A stretch of DNA of 124,000 nucleotides from Octopus vulgaris (GCA_951406725.2 OX597815.1:189864001-189988000), one strand, 5' to 3'; positions 13,197 to 27,239 are shown, numbered from the stretch's first letter. Made by a program: numbers and translations. The notes: generated by a model not told the origin, from the letters alone.

Positions 13197-13379
13197 CCAG
13201 ACAGAACAGAATATGCTTCAACACACGAACTCATATAAAGAATTTTGCAAACCAAATCCAAAAACGAAATATAAAAACCATAGAATTTCCATTTACTATC
13301 GGTAAACTATATTTTCTTCCGTCAGCATTACAGTCGCAATTGAAAATAAAATTTCCTACATGTAACATGTATTAGTTCT

Positions 13380-13860
13380 GAGAGTGTGTATCCTGTTTTC
13401 TTCTCTTCTCATCTCTTTAATAGCTTGAAAGGACGCTGCATATTGTTGCCATTGTTTCAGGTGTACATCTTTCAACTGAATTATTTGCTGCTCGTGCATT
13501 ATAAGCTTTTCACGGAATCAACAACATATAATTGAGCAAACTACCTTTGATAACAGAACCATCAGCTAGAAGCAATATGGGTCTCTTGCAGGTGAATGTA
13601 CTATGTGCGCTCTCATCGATGTAAAGGACAATATAAGAGTTATACAACCTCATATTTTGTTTGAAATCATTATAAAAGGATTATTGGAATCTGACATTCA
13701 GCTTCGCATCATTCAAAAGGAAGGAAGCAGTTTTCCCTTATGGCATTGTTATTGAAGTATCCGTCACTAGGTTGTTCAAATATGAAACGTTTGGCCATGT
13801 GAAGCTGACATAGGATATTCATATCTCCACAGTAAAGTAGTTAAATGTTTTGTTTATTTG
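13380..13860 (-). pseudogene. Helitron Rep/helicase N-terminal fragment
   Basis: Frameshifted YNS..SFTSMRAHIVHSPARDPYCF.. then FAQLYVVD (Helitron FTSMG..GPY.F..FAQLYxxD block). Confidence 0.6.
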
Positions 13861-15059
13861 CATGTTGAACTGGATACTCTTTCGACAACATGTTTTCGAT
13901 TTTGACCAGTTTTCACTCCTTTATCGTTAGGCTCTCTTCTATTATTGTTGCATTAATTCTTGTCCTCCAGATTTCGTTCCCTTCGCATCCTGGGCCACAT
14001 GGCATTTCTTCTAGTATTTCCCCATTCATCATTTTCCATTTGATTTACTTTATCTCTGGATTGAGCATTTCTCATAATTTCCTGCTAATTCTTCATTTAA
14101 CCAATGCCCTCGAGCTGTTTTTCGTATAACTTCTATTTCTTTTTGACTTAAAGTGGATTTTCTTCACAGTCTTTCTCTATCTAATCTACGTGCGTGTTCG
14201 TACGTGGTGATTCCACATTTATCAGCTGGAACATTTCATAATAATATGTCAGCAATAAAGATAATATTATATATGCACACACGATATTAAAGTGTCCGAA
14301 AGATCGAACGAATTTGTTGCAACTGTGAAACGTTTTGCAAAGTAAATATGTCAAACTGTTAAAACAAACACCTCGTGCACCATTAGTGCAAAAGATTTCA
14401 AAATCCCTTTGCGTTCTTTCCTGCAAGAAGCTGTTGTTGTGAGGAATTTGCATACATATGTACATGCGTGCACACATACATGTATGCCCCTACCCCTCTC
14501 TCCTCCTTCCACGTGACTGATGTCCAGCCAGCTATGATCATTCTTTCTTGGCCTAAATGCCGACCGCCAACACTTCTTATGTACATCTCCTATGTCCCTG
14601 CCTTTAGGCTTTCACTGCCTTTAGGCTCAATTTGATTCATTCTCAGTCGAAAGACACCTGTTGTTATATTATTGTTGTTTGTATTTGTCATTGTGTACCA
14701 TGTTCTCCGTGTTTTGTCTTTGTTGCTGCATACATCTGCTAGATTTCTTACAAAGAATTCTAATGTTCTTAGCTTAGACTTTTTGGGGAGTAACCAGATC
14801 GAACTGTCTCAAGTGTAACTGCCCGAAACAGTAAGGACTGCTGGTAACTTGACTGAAGAAAGAAGGCCACGAATAGCCTGCCTTTTTTTGCCTGTCCTTC
14901 TAATTGTTGCTTCGCCTGTCCGCCTTTGTATCGTCTATCTGTCCGAATGTTTTATTGTCCTCTATTGCGTTTTTGCTACATTTTTTTATACGTACTTACA
15001 TACATACTTGCATAAGTACTAACATGTATGTGCGTGAGTTTGAGGTAAATGACAGTGTG

Positions 15060-15091
<32 letters not shown>

Positions 15092-15094
15092 TTG

Positions 15095-15471
15095 ATATCT
15101 CTCTCTGTATAAACGGCAGTTTGTCTGTGTGTCTGTCAGGTTGTACCCTCACCCTGACCACGGCTTTCAACCGATTCTGATGAAACTTGACACACACATA
15201 GCGCAATGTCATAATTCAAAACTAACGCAGCGAAAATTTTGAAAAGTTCCCCCAGTTCTGAAAAAAATCGATAAATTCGACATGGGGTCGAGAATGAGAA
15301 ACACAAACCACAGACCGTCTAGGGGACGCAACTCGACCTTTTTAACTCTCAAAAAAAAAATTTACCATCATTTTTTCCCATTTTTTTGCTATATTTTGGC
15401 TATAACTATCTAAAAATGCTTTATAGTTATTTCCCTTACAAACCCGAGCAACGCCGGGCGATACTGCTAGT
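15095..15471 (-). mobile_element. Non-autonomous Helitron/Helentron-like element
   Basis: Shares 5' ~110 bp with 3927 element. Confidence 0.6.
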
Positions 15472-15849
15472 CTGAATTAAAATTTGATCGTGTTCATTCT
15501 GAAAACACTTATACAACATAATATACTGTATTAGAATGAAAATGACGATAAAATGGGTGTAAAATATAGAAAAAAATGTCGAAACAAAAGCGACGGAATT
15601 ATAAATTTCATTATGTCTCTTTTCTGTCCAAACAACGAATATTGAGATACACTAAACTGCATTTCCGTTTCGTTTTCTTTCTCGCTTGTTTTTACTTTAT
15701 ATTAATTTTACGTTCAACTATGATACTTCCTTTGACTATTCTGAGGTAGAATGCAGCTGTAGTAGCACCCTAAATTCATACACACACACACAAACACACA
15801 CGCACGAACGTATGCACGCACGCATGCACGCACACACGCACGCACTTAT

Positions 15850-16200
15850 GTATGCATGTATGTATGTATGTATGTATGTATGTATGTATGTATGTATGTA
15901 TGTATCTATGTATGTATGTATGTATCTATGTATGTATGTATGTATGTATCACCTAAATTTATACACACACACGCACGAACGTATGCACGCACGCATTCAC
16001 GCACACACGCACGCACTTATATATATCTGTATGCATGCATGCATGCATGTATGCATGTATGTATGTATGTATGTATGTATGTATGTTTGTATGCATGTTT
16101 GTATGTATGTATGTATGTATGTATGTATGTATGTATGTATGTATGTATGTATGTATGTATGTATGTATGTATGTATGTATGTATGTATGTATGTAGCACC
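15850..16200. repeat. (TATG)n compound microsatellite
   Basis: Direct reading. Confidence 0.95.
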
Positions 16201-16484
16201 TACATTCATTCACAGACACGTTTGTATGTATGTACGTGTGTGTATGTGTGTATTGATATATGGTAACGGTAGACAATGACTTCGACGTTTCGGATTACTC
16301 GCCATTATTAGACTTGTGGTTCACTTTGGGTTTTTCTGTCTTCATATACATTTTGGCGAATTGCTCCTATGGTAGATGGGATAATGTGGATGAGAGTTAG
16401 GTATAATGAAGGTGGGAGGGGAATGTGCTTTTGTAAGAAGAGGGGGAATAGAAAAGGGTAGGAGGAACATATATGTTTGTAGTA

Positions 16485-16713
16485 TCTCTCTTTTACTCTT
16501 TTACTTGTTTCAGTCATCTGACTGTGGCCATGCTGGAGCATCACCTTTTAGTCGAGCAAATCGACCCCACGACTTATTCTTTGTAAGCCTAGTACTTATT
16601 CTATTGGTCTTTTTGGCCGAACCGCTAAGTTACGGGGACGTAAACACACCAGCATCGGTTGTCAAGCGATGTTGGGGGGACAAACACAGACACACAAACA
16701 TATACACACGCAC

Positions 16714-16760
<47 letters not shown>

Positions 16761-16930
16761 CATACATACATACATACATACATACATACACACAGCGGGC
16801 TTCTTTCAGTTTCCGCCAGCCAAATCCACTCACAAGGCTTCGGTCGGCCTGAGGCTATAGCAGAAGACACTTGCCAAAGGTGCCATGCAACGGGACTGAA
16901 CCCGGAACCATGTGGTTCGTAAGGAAACTA
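16485..16930 (-). mobile_element. SINE family A
   Basis: Internal (TAGA)n(TACA)n tract. Confidence 0.9.
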
Positions 16931-18347
16931 GTATATAGGTTTAAATAAAACTTTGCCAATATTGAAACGCTGAATCCTCCCCAATTTTCTTCTTGAAGAC
17001 ACAACTACTGAACCTCATCTCTGATTTAGTCACTTCCTGCAAATACAAAATCTTTTAAACCATAAGCATTTAAAACCAATGAATTTCTTCATTGACTAAA
17101 CATGTCATTCGCCTTCCTCTTCTTCTAACATAAATAACCCTGACGCAGAAAAGGAACTCTCTACTAGCAACGACAACAATAGCTTTTCCACCTCATTCTT
17201 CGACTACAATTATCGACAAATTATGCAAGTATGAACTATGATACCTTCAAAAAGATTCTAATTAACGATCTATCTCTAGAACACAAACAAGACGAGGACA
17301 AATGGTCCCTAGAGACAAAGATGCTGAACAACAATATTTTCACCTACCTACATTCTTTTGTGAACATTATGTGAACATTAGGCGTAGGAGTGGCTGTGTG
17401 GTAAGTAGCTTGCTTACTAACCACGTGGTTCCGGGTTCAGTCCCACTGCGTGGCACCTTCGGCAAGTTTTTTCTACTATAGCCTCGAGCTGACCAAAGCC
17501 TTGTGAGTGGATTTGGTAAGCAAACTACTTACCACACAGCCACTCCTTCGTCTATACATCTTTAATATTCCGTATTCTTCTTGAAGGTCATACTCTAAAG
17601 GATTGACTGTAATTCTTAATTTATTTTCAACTCTAGATTACATTAAACAGTTCAATTCCGAAAGGAGTAATCTAGGGGATATCCAGTGGACATTTAACAA
17701 ATTTAAATCCAAATTCGTCAGATTTAGTTAGGACTTGTAAATATTTATCGAAATAATATGCGCTCTGTCGAAGTCTCTGAGTTAGTGAACTATTTTCTTT
17801 TAAGTGCGACCTGAAGCATAATTTCCTGTGTTAGACAACAGTATTTTTAGTCTGAAATGCCAATATACTGTTTTACATGATGTAACACTGTCAGAAAAAA
17901 GTATTGTAACGAAGTTACTTTAATACATTTACAATTTAATGATTGAGTAGACAAGACTTAAGCAAAGAACTCAATATGAGTTATATAAGCAAGTAGTGTA
18001 CAGTCCGACGGGCAGAGTAAATCTTTATTCTTCGTAATGACACGGCTGTTTCATAAGAAAATTATTGATTTCTAAGTAAAATCAAAATAAATTTTTTCTA
18101 GAAAAAACGTGGGAGAATACAGTTCTGTTGTAAACTAAGTCAACGGATTGAAGTCTTCTAAATCTTTTTTTTATTTTTTATTTTCTCTTACAAAGTTGGT
18201 TCAAACAATAAATTTGTAATAAATGGACGTAAATTGTCATGAGCATCTATTTCTATTGACTCGTTAATAAAATAGAAGCTGAATTTTATTTAATCTACAG
18301 TAAATCTATTTGGCTCTTTATAGCGGATAACTATAAGAAGCCCGTCG

Positions 18348-18412
<65 letters not shown>

Positions 18413-19987
18413 GTGTGTGCGTGTGTGTTTGTCCCCCCCCCCCAACATCGCTTGACAACCGATGCTGGTGTGCTTACATCCTCGTAACTTAGCGGTTCGG
18501 CAAGAGAGACCGATAGAATAAGTACTAGGCTTACAAAGAATAAGTCCTGGGAGGTCTCGATTTGCTCGACTAAAGGCGGTGCTCCAGCATGGCCGCGTCA
18601 AACGAATGAAACAAATAAAAGAAAAAAGAAAAAAAAGAATAGGTGAGGAAACGTGAGTGTTCTGTTAGAACATCGAAGCAAAATGGTAGTTTTCATGATG
18701 GGTTGAAATCATAAAAAACACACACATGCACACACACACACACACACACATTCTATCATCACTTTTGAATGACAGGTCATCGTTCATCATGAGTATGTTC
18801 TGACGATCAAGAAAGAGTTTCCCTTGGATCTTCCTGTCGGGAGTCGTAGCGTCGTTGGCTGGTCTTAGATGACGATCAGTTGAATTGCTGAACGAAAATG
18901 TATATCTTTTGCCTGCGTGAAGAAGTAACTGACAACAACCGCGAACAATTAACTGAAGATTTTGATTTTATTATTGCCCATGGAGTTTTAACAGTGTTGG
19001 TCATTTACTAATAATAACAGCAATTACACTCCTAGAGAGACATATTGTTAGGTGTCTACAAACTTACTGATATAGTAGTTTGTGTTTGCCTCATCATAAC
19101 TAGAAACAATCGCGCTATATTTGTGGCGATTATAATCTTGTCCACTATCCACCTTAACCTACAATCCACCTTAACGAGAATGGAGACACAACGCTCAGCA
19201 TTCTGTAATTACCGCCAAAAACGGCCTCAATATAGGGCACAAGGAGAAGATTCTAGAAGAATGAATCACGTGATGGCCGAATGCTGATTGGTTGCTTGAT
19301 AGACAATTCAATTGAAATTACTGTAGTTTGATTGAGATGGATGACCGCGTACCTGTTACCTCGGTTTCGAAACATTGCTATAGTCCCGTGTTGTTGAGTC
19401 TATGCGATTGGCCTCGATTTAGACAAGCGAAATATGTATGGTGCACCATAATAAAGCACATGCTCACGTGTCACGCTTTATCTGTGATTTTTCGGAGAGG
19501 CACAGAGCACATTTTTGTCCCTCAAACCAAAACTCAACCTGAAAAGTCACCAATTTCAGTCGAGAGAACTGTTTGAAGAAAATTCCTTATGAGAACTGAG
19601 CACTGTCTCTGGAAATGCGTTCCAGGACGCATCCCAAAACTGGAACTGACATTGAGAATGGCGTATCAACAGTGGAGTGAGCGATTTTGAAGAAATTGAT
19701 TCTGATTAAATTGTAAACAGAGCGATAAATTTGTTTGCTTTCTTTTTGGACAGACCTCGAATATTTTTGACAAAGTTTACTGTTTTAATTCAACACCCAG
19801 CAGAATTGTAACATTGTTTGAAATCTAAACATCATAATTTTAAATTTCCTTTTCCTGCATATCATTAGCGTCTTTGCAAGGAGTAAAACATTAATTTGGA
19901 AAATCGATCAAACTCTACCTTATTATTTGTACTGAGTTCTTTGATTAATTGGTGTCTAGTCAATCAATAGCTAATTTACACACACAC

Positions 19988-20053
<66 letters not shown>

Positions 20054-20169
20054 TAACTCATTCATACACACACACACACACACACGTCTATGTATACGAG
20101 CATGAGCTAAAAATTTCATAGGTTGACAATGAAGGAGTGGTGCTAGAGCTGTGAATTGAATTCTTACAT

Positions 20170-20560
20170 GATTTAATTTCAATTCTCCTTAATTACCTCT
20201 GCCTTAGCGAAGGCGGAGGTATTGTTTCAGTCGTATTTGTCTGTTTTTCCTTGGACAAGATATCTAAAGAACCGCTTGAAGGACTCGGATGAAACATTCA
20301 GGATTGTTTGGCCTCGTGACTAGCACGAACTGATTAGATTTTGGGATCGATCCGGTACCAGACAAGGATTCTGGATTATTTTTCTGGGTTTTTTTACTTA
20401 AATTTTGAGAGCGTTCGGGTTCGTTTTTAGTATTCTCATTTGTGAGAGAAGTCAAGTTTATTTCAGATATTCTCATTCTAAAAATCATCTCTGGCTAATC
20501 TTTGAGAGGACGTTGGTGTTGCCTTGGCAGAGGTTTGCGCTCTCTGAGTGCTCTTGTTGA
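20170..20560 (+). mobile_element. Helentron-associated/DINE-like non-autonomous element
   Basis: 5' hairpin TACCTCTGCCTTAGCGAAGGCGGAGGTA, 3' CCTTGGCAGAGGTTTGCGCTCTCTGAGTGCTCTTGTT; second copy 46130-46498(-). Confidence 0.55.
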
Positions 20561-20754
20561 TAATTGCACTGTTTCATTCCAGGTAAACTGTCATCTGACT
20601 CTTCAAGGAAGACTTCAAGAGTAACTAGTAGTGACTTCTCTTGAAAATGGACAAAAGTTGGCTTCGTGGTGTTATCAGGTACCAGCAGAAAAAAAGGTTT
20701 TAGACCCTAAGGTCATACTGATATGGTTACTACATTAGGGTAAGGCGCTCCAGT

Positions 20755-20918
20755 TTTTGGCTGTGTGGTAAGTAGCTTGCTAACCAACCACATGGTTCCA
20801 GGTTCAGTCCCACTGCGTGGCATCTTGGGCAAGTGTCTTCTGCTATAGCCCCGGGCCGACCAATGCCTTGTGAGTGGATTTGGTAGACGGAAACTGAAAG
20901 AAGCCTGTCGTATATATG

Positions 20919-20951
<33 letters not shown>

Positions 20952-21160
20952 TTGTGTGTCTGTGTTTGTCCCCCTAGCATTGCTTGACAACCAATGCTGG
21001 TGTGTTTACGTCCCCGTCACTTAGCGGTTCGGCAAAAGAGACCGATAGAATAAGTACTGGGCTTACAAAGAATAAGTCCCAGGGTCGATTTGCTCGACTA
21101 AAGGCGGTGCTCCAGCATGGCCGCAGTCAAATGACTGAAACAAGTAAAAGAGTAAAAGAG
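20755..21160 (+). mobile_element. SINE family A
   Basis: Near-consensus copy. Confidence 0.9.
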
Positions 21161-21164
21161 TGCA

Positions 21165-21480
21165 AAAGTAGGCAGCTGAATTCAGAAGGGGAGGGGAATC
21201 TTGAAAGTGATCCCAGTTCTGGAAATCCTGAGTCTGCCATCAACGAGGAAAACATTGATCGGGTTCACCACATGGCGATGAATGACAGGCGATTGACAAT
21301 AAATCAAATAAGCAATTCTATTAGCATATCCCGTGACAGAGTTGAAAATATCATGTACAATGAACTTGGCGGCATGACGACGGTTTCTACTCGGTGGGTA
21401 CCACGGTCTTTCTTCTGACACCTGATCAAAACTGATTAAGGCTGATCACATCACGGGAAAACTTGACAACGAGACCGAGG
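21165..21480 (+). pseudogene. Mariner transposase fragment (HTH2 to WVPR)
   Basis: ESDPSSGNPESAINEENIDRVHHMAMNDRRLTINQISNSISISRDRVENIMYNELG..STRWVPR. Confidence 0.8.
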
Positions 21481-22023
21481 TGTTTTTGTTCATATTTTGA
21501 TTGTAAAGTGACAACACAAAAAATAACTGAGGCCCAAATACTTTGTCTAAAGAGACTCACACAAACCCTTAGAATCCTTTCAGCCATATGCATCTTGAAC
21601 AGCCGATAAGGTTTGTGATCACCAAGTATTTTTAATTCTTGTTAATTCTCGCTGCAGCGTTGCTTTCCGTGACATACAGGGTCTTTCTACGGACTTTTAT
21701 TCTTTGCATTAGGATCCAGCAAAGCCTTGTAAATTGATTGTTTTTCCTTTGGTAGCAGGGACATATCCTTGTTGTTGTTATTAAATCGGCCTTTGCGTTT
21801 CTTTCTTTTTACTCCCAATGTAGCGATGCTCAAATCATACACCTGGTCCTTGAAATTCGTTCAAGCTTCATCGAAATTGATATCATTGAACTTGTTTTAT
21901 ACAAGTTCTAATATATCCGATTGAGTTAATTTAGCAATATCAATTTGCGTTAGACGGTTCGCCCTATTTATGCATATTTCCTTATGTATAGATGCTTACA
22001 CACACACACACACGCACACATAG

Positions 22024-22059
<36 letters not shown>

Positions 22060-22663
22060 GCATATACATATACATATATATATATATATATGTACTTACA
22101 TATATACATGTATATACACACATACACACACATAGATACATACATACATACATACATACATACATACATACATACATACATACATACATACATACATACA
22201 TGCATGCATACATATTATATATATATATATATCTTCTTTTATTTGTTTCAGCCATGGTGGAGCACTGCCTTCAGTCGAGCAAATCAACCTCAGGACTTAT
22301 TCTTTATTACGGGGATATAAACACACCAGCGTCGGTTGTCAAGCGATGTTGGGGGAATAAACAGACACACAAACATACACACACATACGACAGGCTTCTT
22401 TCAGTTTCCGTCTACCAAATCCACTCACAAGGCTTTGGTCGGCCCCGACGCTATACTAGAACACACTTGCCCAAAAAGCCATGCGGTGGGACTGAACCCA
22501 GAACCATGTGGTTGGTAAGCAAGCTACTTACCACACAGCCACTACTGCACCTATGTATATGTATATTTGTATCTCTCTCTCTCCCTCTGTATTATATCTT
22601 GATGGATGGATGAATGGATGCATACATTTATATATATATATATAAAGATATATATATATATAA

Positions 22664-22713
<50 letters not shown>

Positions 22714-23012
22714 GTGAGGTAAACAGATAGGGAGAAAGATGCATACTTACATGGCATATTATTGCATATTTTAAATATTTACTTTGCAACGTCAAGGATT
22801 AAATTTATTTTTCACATCTAATTGCTTTCAATAACGATAAAAAATTCGCTGAGTTTACTCCTTCAGTGTTATTAAGGACATAAATATAAACTTGTCAGTT
22901 CTTGAATTTATAAGGAGAGTCAAGTTGTTTTAGTGAGAAACATCGTAAATTTAGGAGTCCTTAATGGAAGTTAGAACACTTAATTATGCATGTATGTATG
23001 TTACAGACACAT

Positions 23013-23052
<40 letters not shown>

Positions 23053-23369
23053 GCGGACGTGTATATAATATATATGCGTGTGTTTGTGCACATATATATG
23101 CCTATGCATGTACAAGATATATGTGTGTGCATAATACATGCAGGCACGTATATATATGTGTGCATATACATGTACATGTATACACACTCACACTCATACA
23201 TGACAATATGTGTTTTTTATATGCGCGAAAGCAACAAACATTAACTGAATAAACCTCTCATTACGAGTGTAGATCAGAAGGAATTTTATTGACAGTAACT
23301 TCGAAATTTCCATAGATGGCAGGTTGATCAGCAAACGTGCAATTAGTTGTACCTAGTGAGTATATTGGC

Positions 23370-23410
<41 letters not shown>

Positions 23411-23424
23411 CTTAATTAAAATAA

Positions 23425-23689
23425 AAACATGATGCCAAGGATTCAGCAGTACATATGTTTCGGGCCTTTATTAGACGGATTTATAACAATGCATAATGTG
23501 TGTCTATGGCCTTCTTCAGCCGCGCACAATTACTACCCCAAGGACGTAGAATTTTTGATGTAATACATGTCCTTGGGGTAGTAATTGTGCGCGGCTGAAG
23601 AAGGCCATAGACACACATTATGCATTGTTATAAATCCGTCTAATAAAGGCCCGAAACATATGTACCGCTGAATCCTTGGCATCATGTTT
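23425..23689. repeat. Near-perfect fold-back palindrome (~120-bp arms)
   Basis: AAACATGATGCCAAGG.. / ..CCTTGGCATCATGTTT; next to (TA)n. Confidence 0.95.
23591..23668 (+). ncRNA. Type I hammerhead ribozyme motif
   Basis: GCGG-CUGAAGA-AGGCC..GGCCC-GAA ACAUAUGU A|CCGC; mirrored on - strand in left arm. Confidence 0.65.
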
Positions 23690-23971
23690 ACTCCACCACC
23701 TACACCACCAAACGGTATATACAGGTGCTTACAATTATCAAGTACTCACCCTAAATTTCTATATATATATATATATATATATAAAGGTAGAAGAAAATGG
23801 AGATTGTGAAGTTAATAAGAGTTTATTATCAACAACAAATTGATCATTATTCCTTACAGCTGTTTCAATTATACACAGTGAAATTAATTAAATGTTAAGT
23901 TCATATTTCTGAGCATAATATCTTCAGAGGGGAAAAAATATACCATTAGATGTTCTATATACTTGTTTATA

Positions 23972-24019
<48 letters not shown>

Positions 24020-24026
<7 letters not shown>

Positions 24027-24227
24027 ACCGCGTGTGTACCGTTGGCGATTTTTTCCCTCTGTCTTCCCTTCTCTGGATCTTTCCTTCTCCTATGTTTCCG
24101 ACGAAGAGCTCCGCTCGAAACGTTAGACCCTCCTTCTTTTCTTCTTTCCTGAGCGTCCAATAATACTGTATTTGTTCCACGTCCTCGCGTTGTTGTGTTT
24201 TTTTTTGTGCTTTCATGTTTGGATTAA

Positions 24228-24235
<8 letters not shown>
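24020..24235 (+). mobile_element. PLE pLTR-like family F with hammerhead motif (24094-24128)
   Basis: GUUU-CCGACGA-AGAGC UCC GCUC-GAA ACGU U|AGAC; copies 47368-47570, 111355-111555; flanked by (TA)n. Confidence 0.65.
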
Positions 24236-24278
<43 letters not shown>

Positions 24279-25164
24279 TATATATATATATATATATAAG
24301 TTCAGCAAAATTTAGATTCAGATGAATATGGTACTTAAGTTAAAGGCACCAGAATTTGGTATGGTATTATCCATACAAATCAAATAATCATAATAAGCAA
24401 CAAGGATATCCAAGGTAGTGTAGTACAATCATTTCATGCTACTTCATTTTATTAAACACTGTAAGTATTACATCAGTTTTAAAAGTATTGTTAATACTTA
24501 CATCACATCATAACATCATGAATAAAAGACAGGAATTAATGATACGATGTAAACATATTTACTACACTACTTTTAAGATTATTCCCTAGATAATTAATAA
24601 TTAATCATGTGAGTAATTGGATATTATAACACCCACAAACCATGGTATAATGGATTAGGAATAATGCATACTTAAGTAAAATAGCAACGGAGATTTTTTT
24701 TAGTTACTGCTATCATAGAAATATCCTTCCACATCTATCTTTTATTCTTTTTTATGATAGAAGGATTCCATTTATATTATTTTTCATTTTCCTATATTCA
24801 TTCTCTTATTTTTCACATTTTATTTTCTTTGTATTTTCTGTTGTCTTGGTTTTATACTCATTTTAATTTATATTTTGTTTGGTTTTTGTTTTTACTTATT
24901 CTTCTCATTTAATACCAGTGGAATTTACTACACCACCCTCTCAATGAATCGTGGCTTAGCACACCATTGCAGCAATACCAATGGTATTGAGTCATCCCAT
25001 AAATAATGCGTTTTTTCAATTGCATGAACTAAAAGTCCAATCAGGACGGGATGAACTACCTGTATCGAGTTGCAAGCCAAAATTTTACCTTTTACTTATT
25101 CTTAGTGCAGATTCTGAAGAGTGCAGTACGATTTTAACAGTTATTTTTTTCAAAGCTACAAAGG

Positions 25165-26030
25165 AAGTGACAAAGGATCATATTCAGCATATTTTTATTT
25201 ATGAGTTCAATAAAGGCAACAACGCAACGGAAAGTGCGAGTAATATTAATGCAGTATATGGGGATCGGTCAAGAAGCGTAACCCAGTGTCAATGAGTGAC
25301 TGGTGACGAGAAATGGGTTCTCTATAAAAATGTCAAGCGCCGAAGACAGTGGGTAGGAAAATAGAAACATCGACACTCCAGTCTAAAAAAGGTCTTCACC
25401 TACGTAAGGTGTTGTTATATGTTTGGTGGTATATGAAAGGCTTAGTCCACTTTGAACTTTTAGACCCAAACCAAACGAGACCAAATCGGGTCAATGGGTT
25501 CCTCACAATCTTACCCAATCTAATCACGCGCAGAGAGTGAATGCGTGCTCTTCTTCGCTGTCACGTCTCACGAATGAATTTTTTTTTTTTTTGGACTGAA
25601 TAGTGACCGGTGACGAGAAATGGGTTCTCTATAAAAATGTCAAGCGCCGAAGACAGTGGGTAGGGAAAATAGAAAACGGTGCTCCACCTACCATATTCGT
25701 TGGACATTGCCCCATCTGATTATCATTTATACCGCAGGCTTCAAAATCATTTGAACGGAAAAAATATGAATTTTGTAGACGAGGTGAGAACAGTATTGGA
25801 GAGGTATTTTTCGTCATGACAAGTGAATTTTAGGATAATGTTTGACCACATACAGCAAAGATAACATTCCAAAGGCTGGAGCAGTTTGAATGGAAAACGG
25901 TGCTCCACCCACCATATTCCGCAGACTTCAAAATCATTTGAACGGAAAAAATATGAATTTTGTAGACGAGGTGAGAACAGTATTGGAGGGGTATTTTCGT
26001 CATGACAAGTGAATTTTGGAAGTGGAGCCT
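25165..26030 (+). pseudogene. Internally deleted and duplicated mariner
   Basis: HIQHIFIYEFNKGNNATESA..; VTGDEKWVLYKNVKRRRQW twice; KKGLHLRKVLLYVWW. Confidence 0.8.
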
Positions 26031-27239
26031 TGTAGAAAATGATCGTTAGATATTCTAAGCCTGATGTAGTCTTCGTAGTACTGTGACCTTACGTATTATA
26101 AGTTACAAGCATTATCGCCCGGCGTTGCTCGGATTTGTAAGGGAAATCGACCCCGGACTTATTCGTTGTAAGCCCAGTACTTATTCTATCGGTCTCATTT
26201 TGCCGAACCGCTAAGTGACGGGGACGTAAACACACCAGCATCGGTTGTCAAGCAATGCTAGGGAGACAAACACAGACAGACACACATACATATACATATA
26301 TACGACAGGCTTCTTTCAGTTTCTGTCTACCAAATCCACTCACAAGGCATTGGTTGGCCCGGGGCTATAGCAGAAGACACTTGCCCAAGGTGCCACACAG
26401 TGGGACTGAACCCGGAACCATGAGGTTGGTTAGCAAGCTACTTACCACACAGCCACTCCTGCGCCTATGTATGACTTAATTTTGAAAAATAAAAGAAGTA
26501 TAAAGAAACTGTACTATTTATGGGATGACCAGATATATCGTTAGATATTCTAAGCCTGGTGTAGTCTTTGTACTATTTTGTAGTACTTTGTAGTACATTG
26601 TAGTAACACCTTACGTGTTATAAGTTAATTATTTATTTTATTCCCTGACTTCCAGCCCTAACTATAACTATTAAATGTCCTGTACTAATATGAGTTCCTG
26701 TAACTCCGTAACAAGATAGATGTTGATACTTCACACTTAAAATAACTAGAAATACCCAGCTTCTCAATACCATAGCGTCCAAAATATTATAATAATCGCC
26801 AATAGCCTGCCTCTGGCCCCTAACGAATTCGTTCTGCATCAACTTTCTATACCGGATGTTAAGAATATTCATCCGTCGCAAGAGAAAACACCACCCTTGC
26901 ATAGCGTCGAAAATATTCTTGAATTCGTCGAAAGCCGGCCAAGTTGTTGAGTGTCAAATTTCAATAGTGGATGTTAATACTATTGAACCATGGTAAGAGA
27001 GAATAATAGTTTAAGGCTGATGGTCAGAAACAAGCGGCCAAATTCTGTGTAGATACAACAATGATCATATTCCTTCCTCTTCTTTTCTTTTCTTTACTTC
27101 TCTTTTCTTTTATTCCTTTACGTTGGTAGTTAATGTGTTGGGCTCTGACGACGATAGCGTTCCAATGGTCGATCACTGTATTTTCAATCCCTCAATCGAT
27201 CGATTAATTAAATTGAACCATGAGCGCACCCAAAATAAA

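Noticed and set aside
20984-21418. SETMAR-like or novel 144-aa fusion ORF
   Set aside because: Chance read-through from a SINE A tail into a mariner fragment
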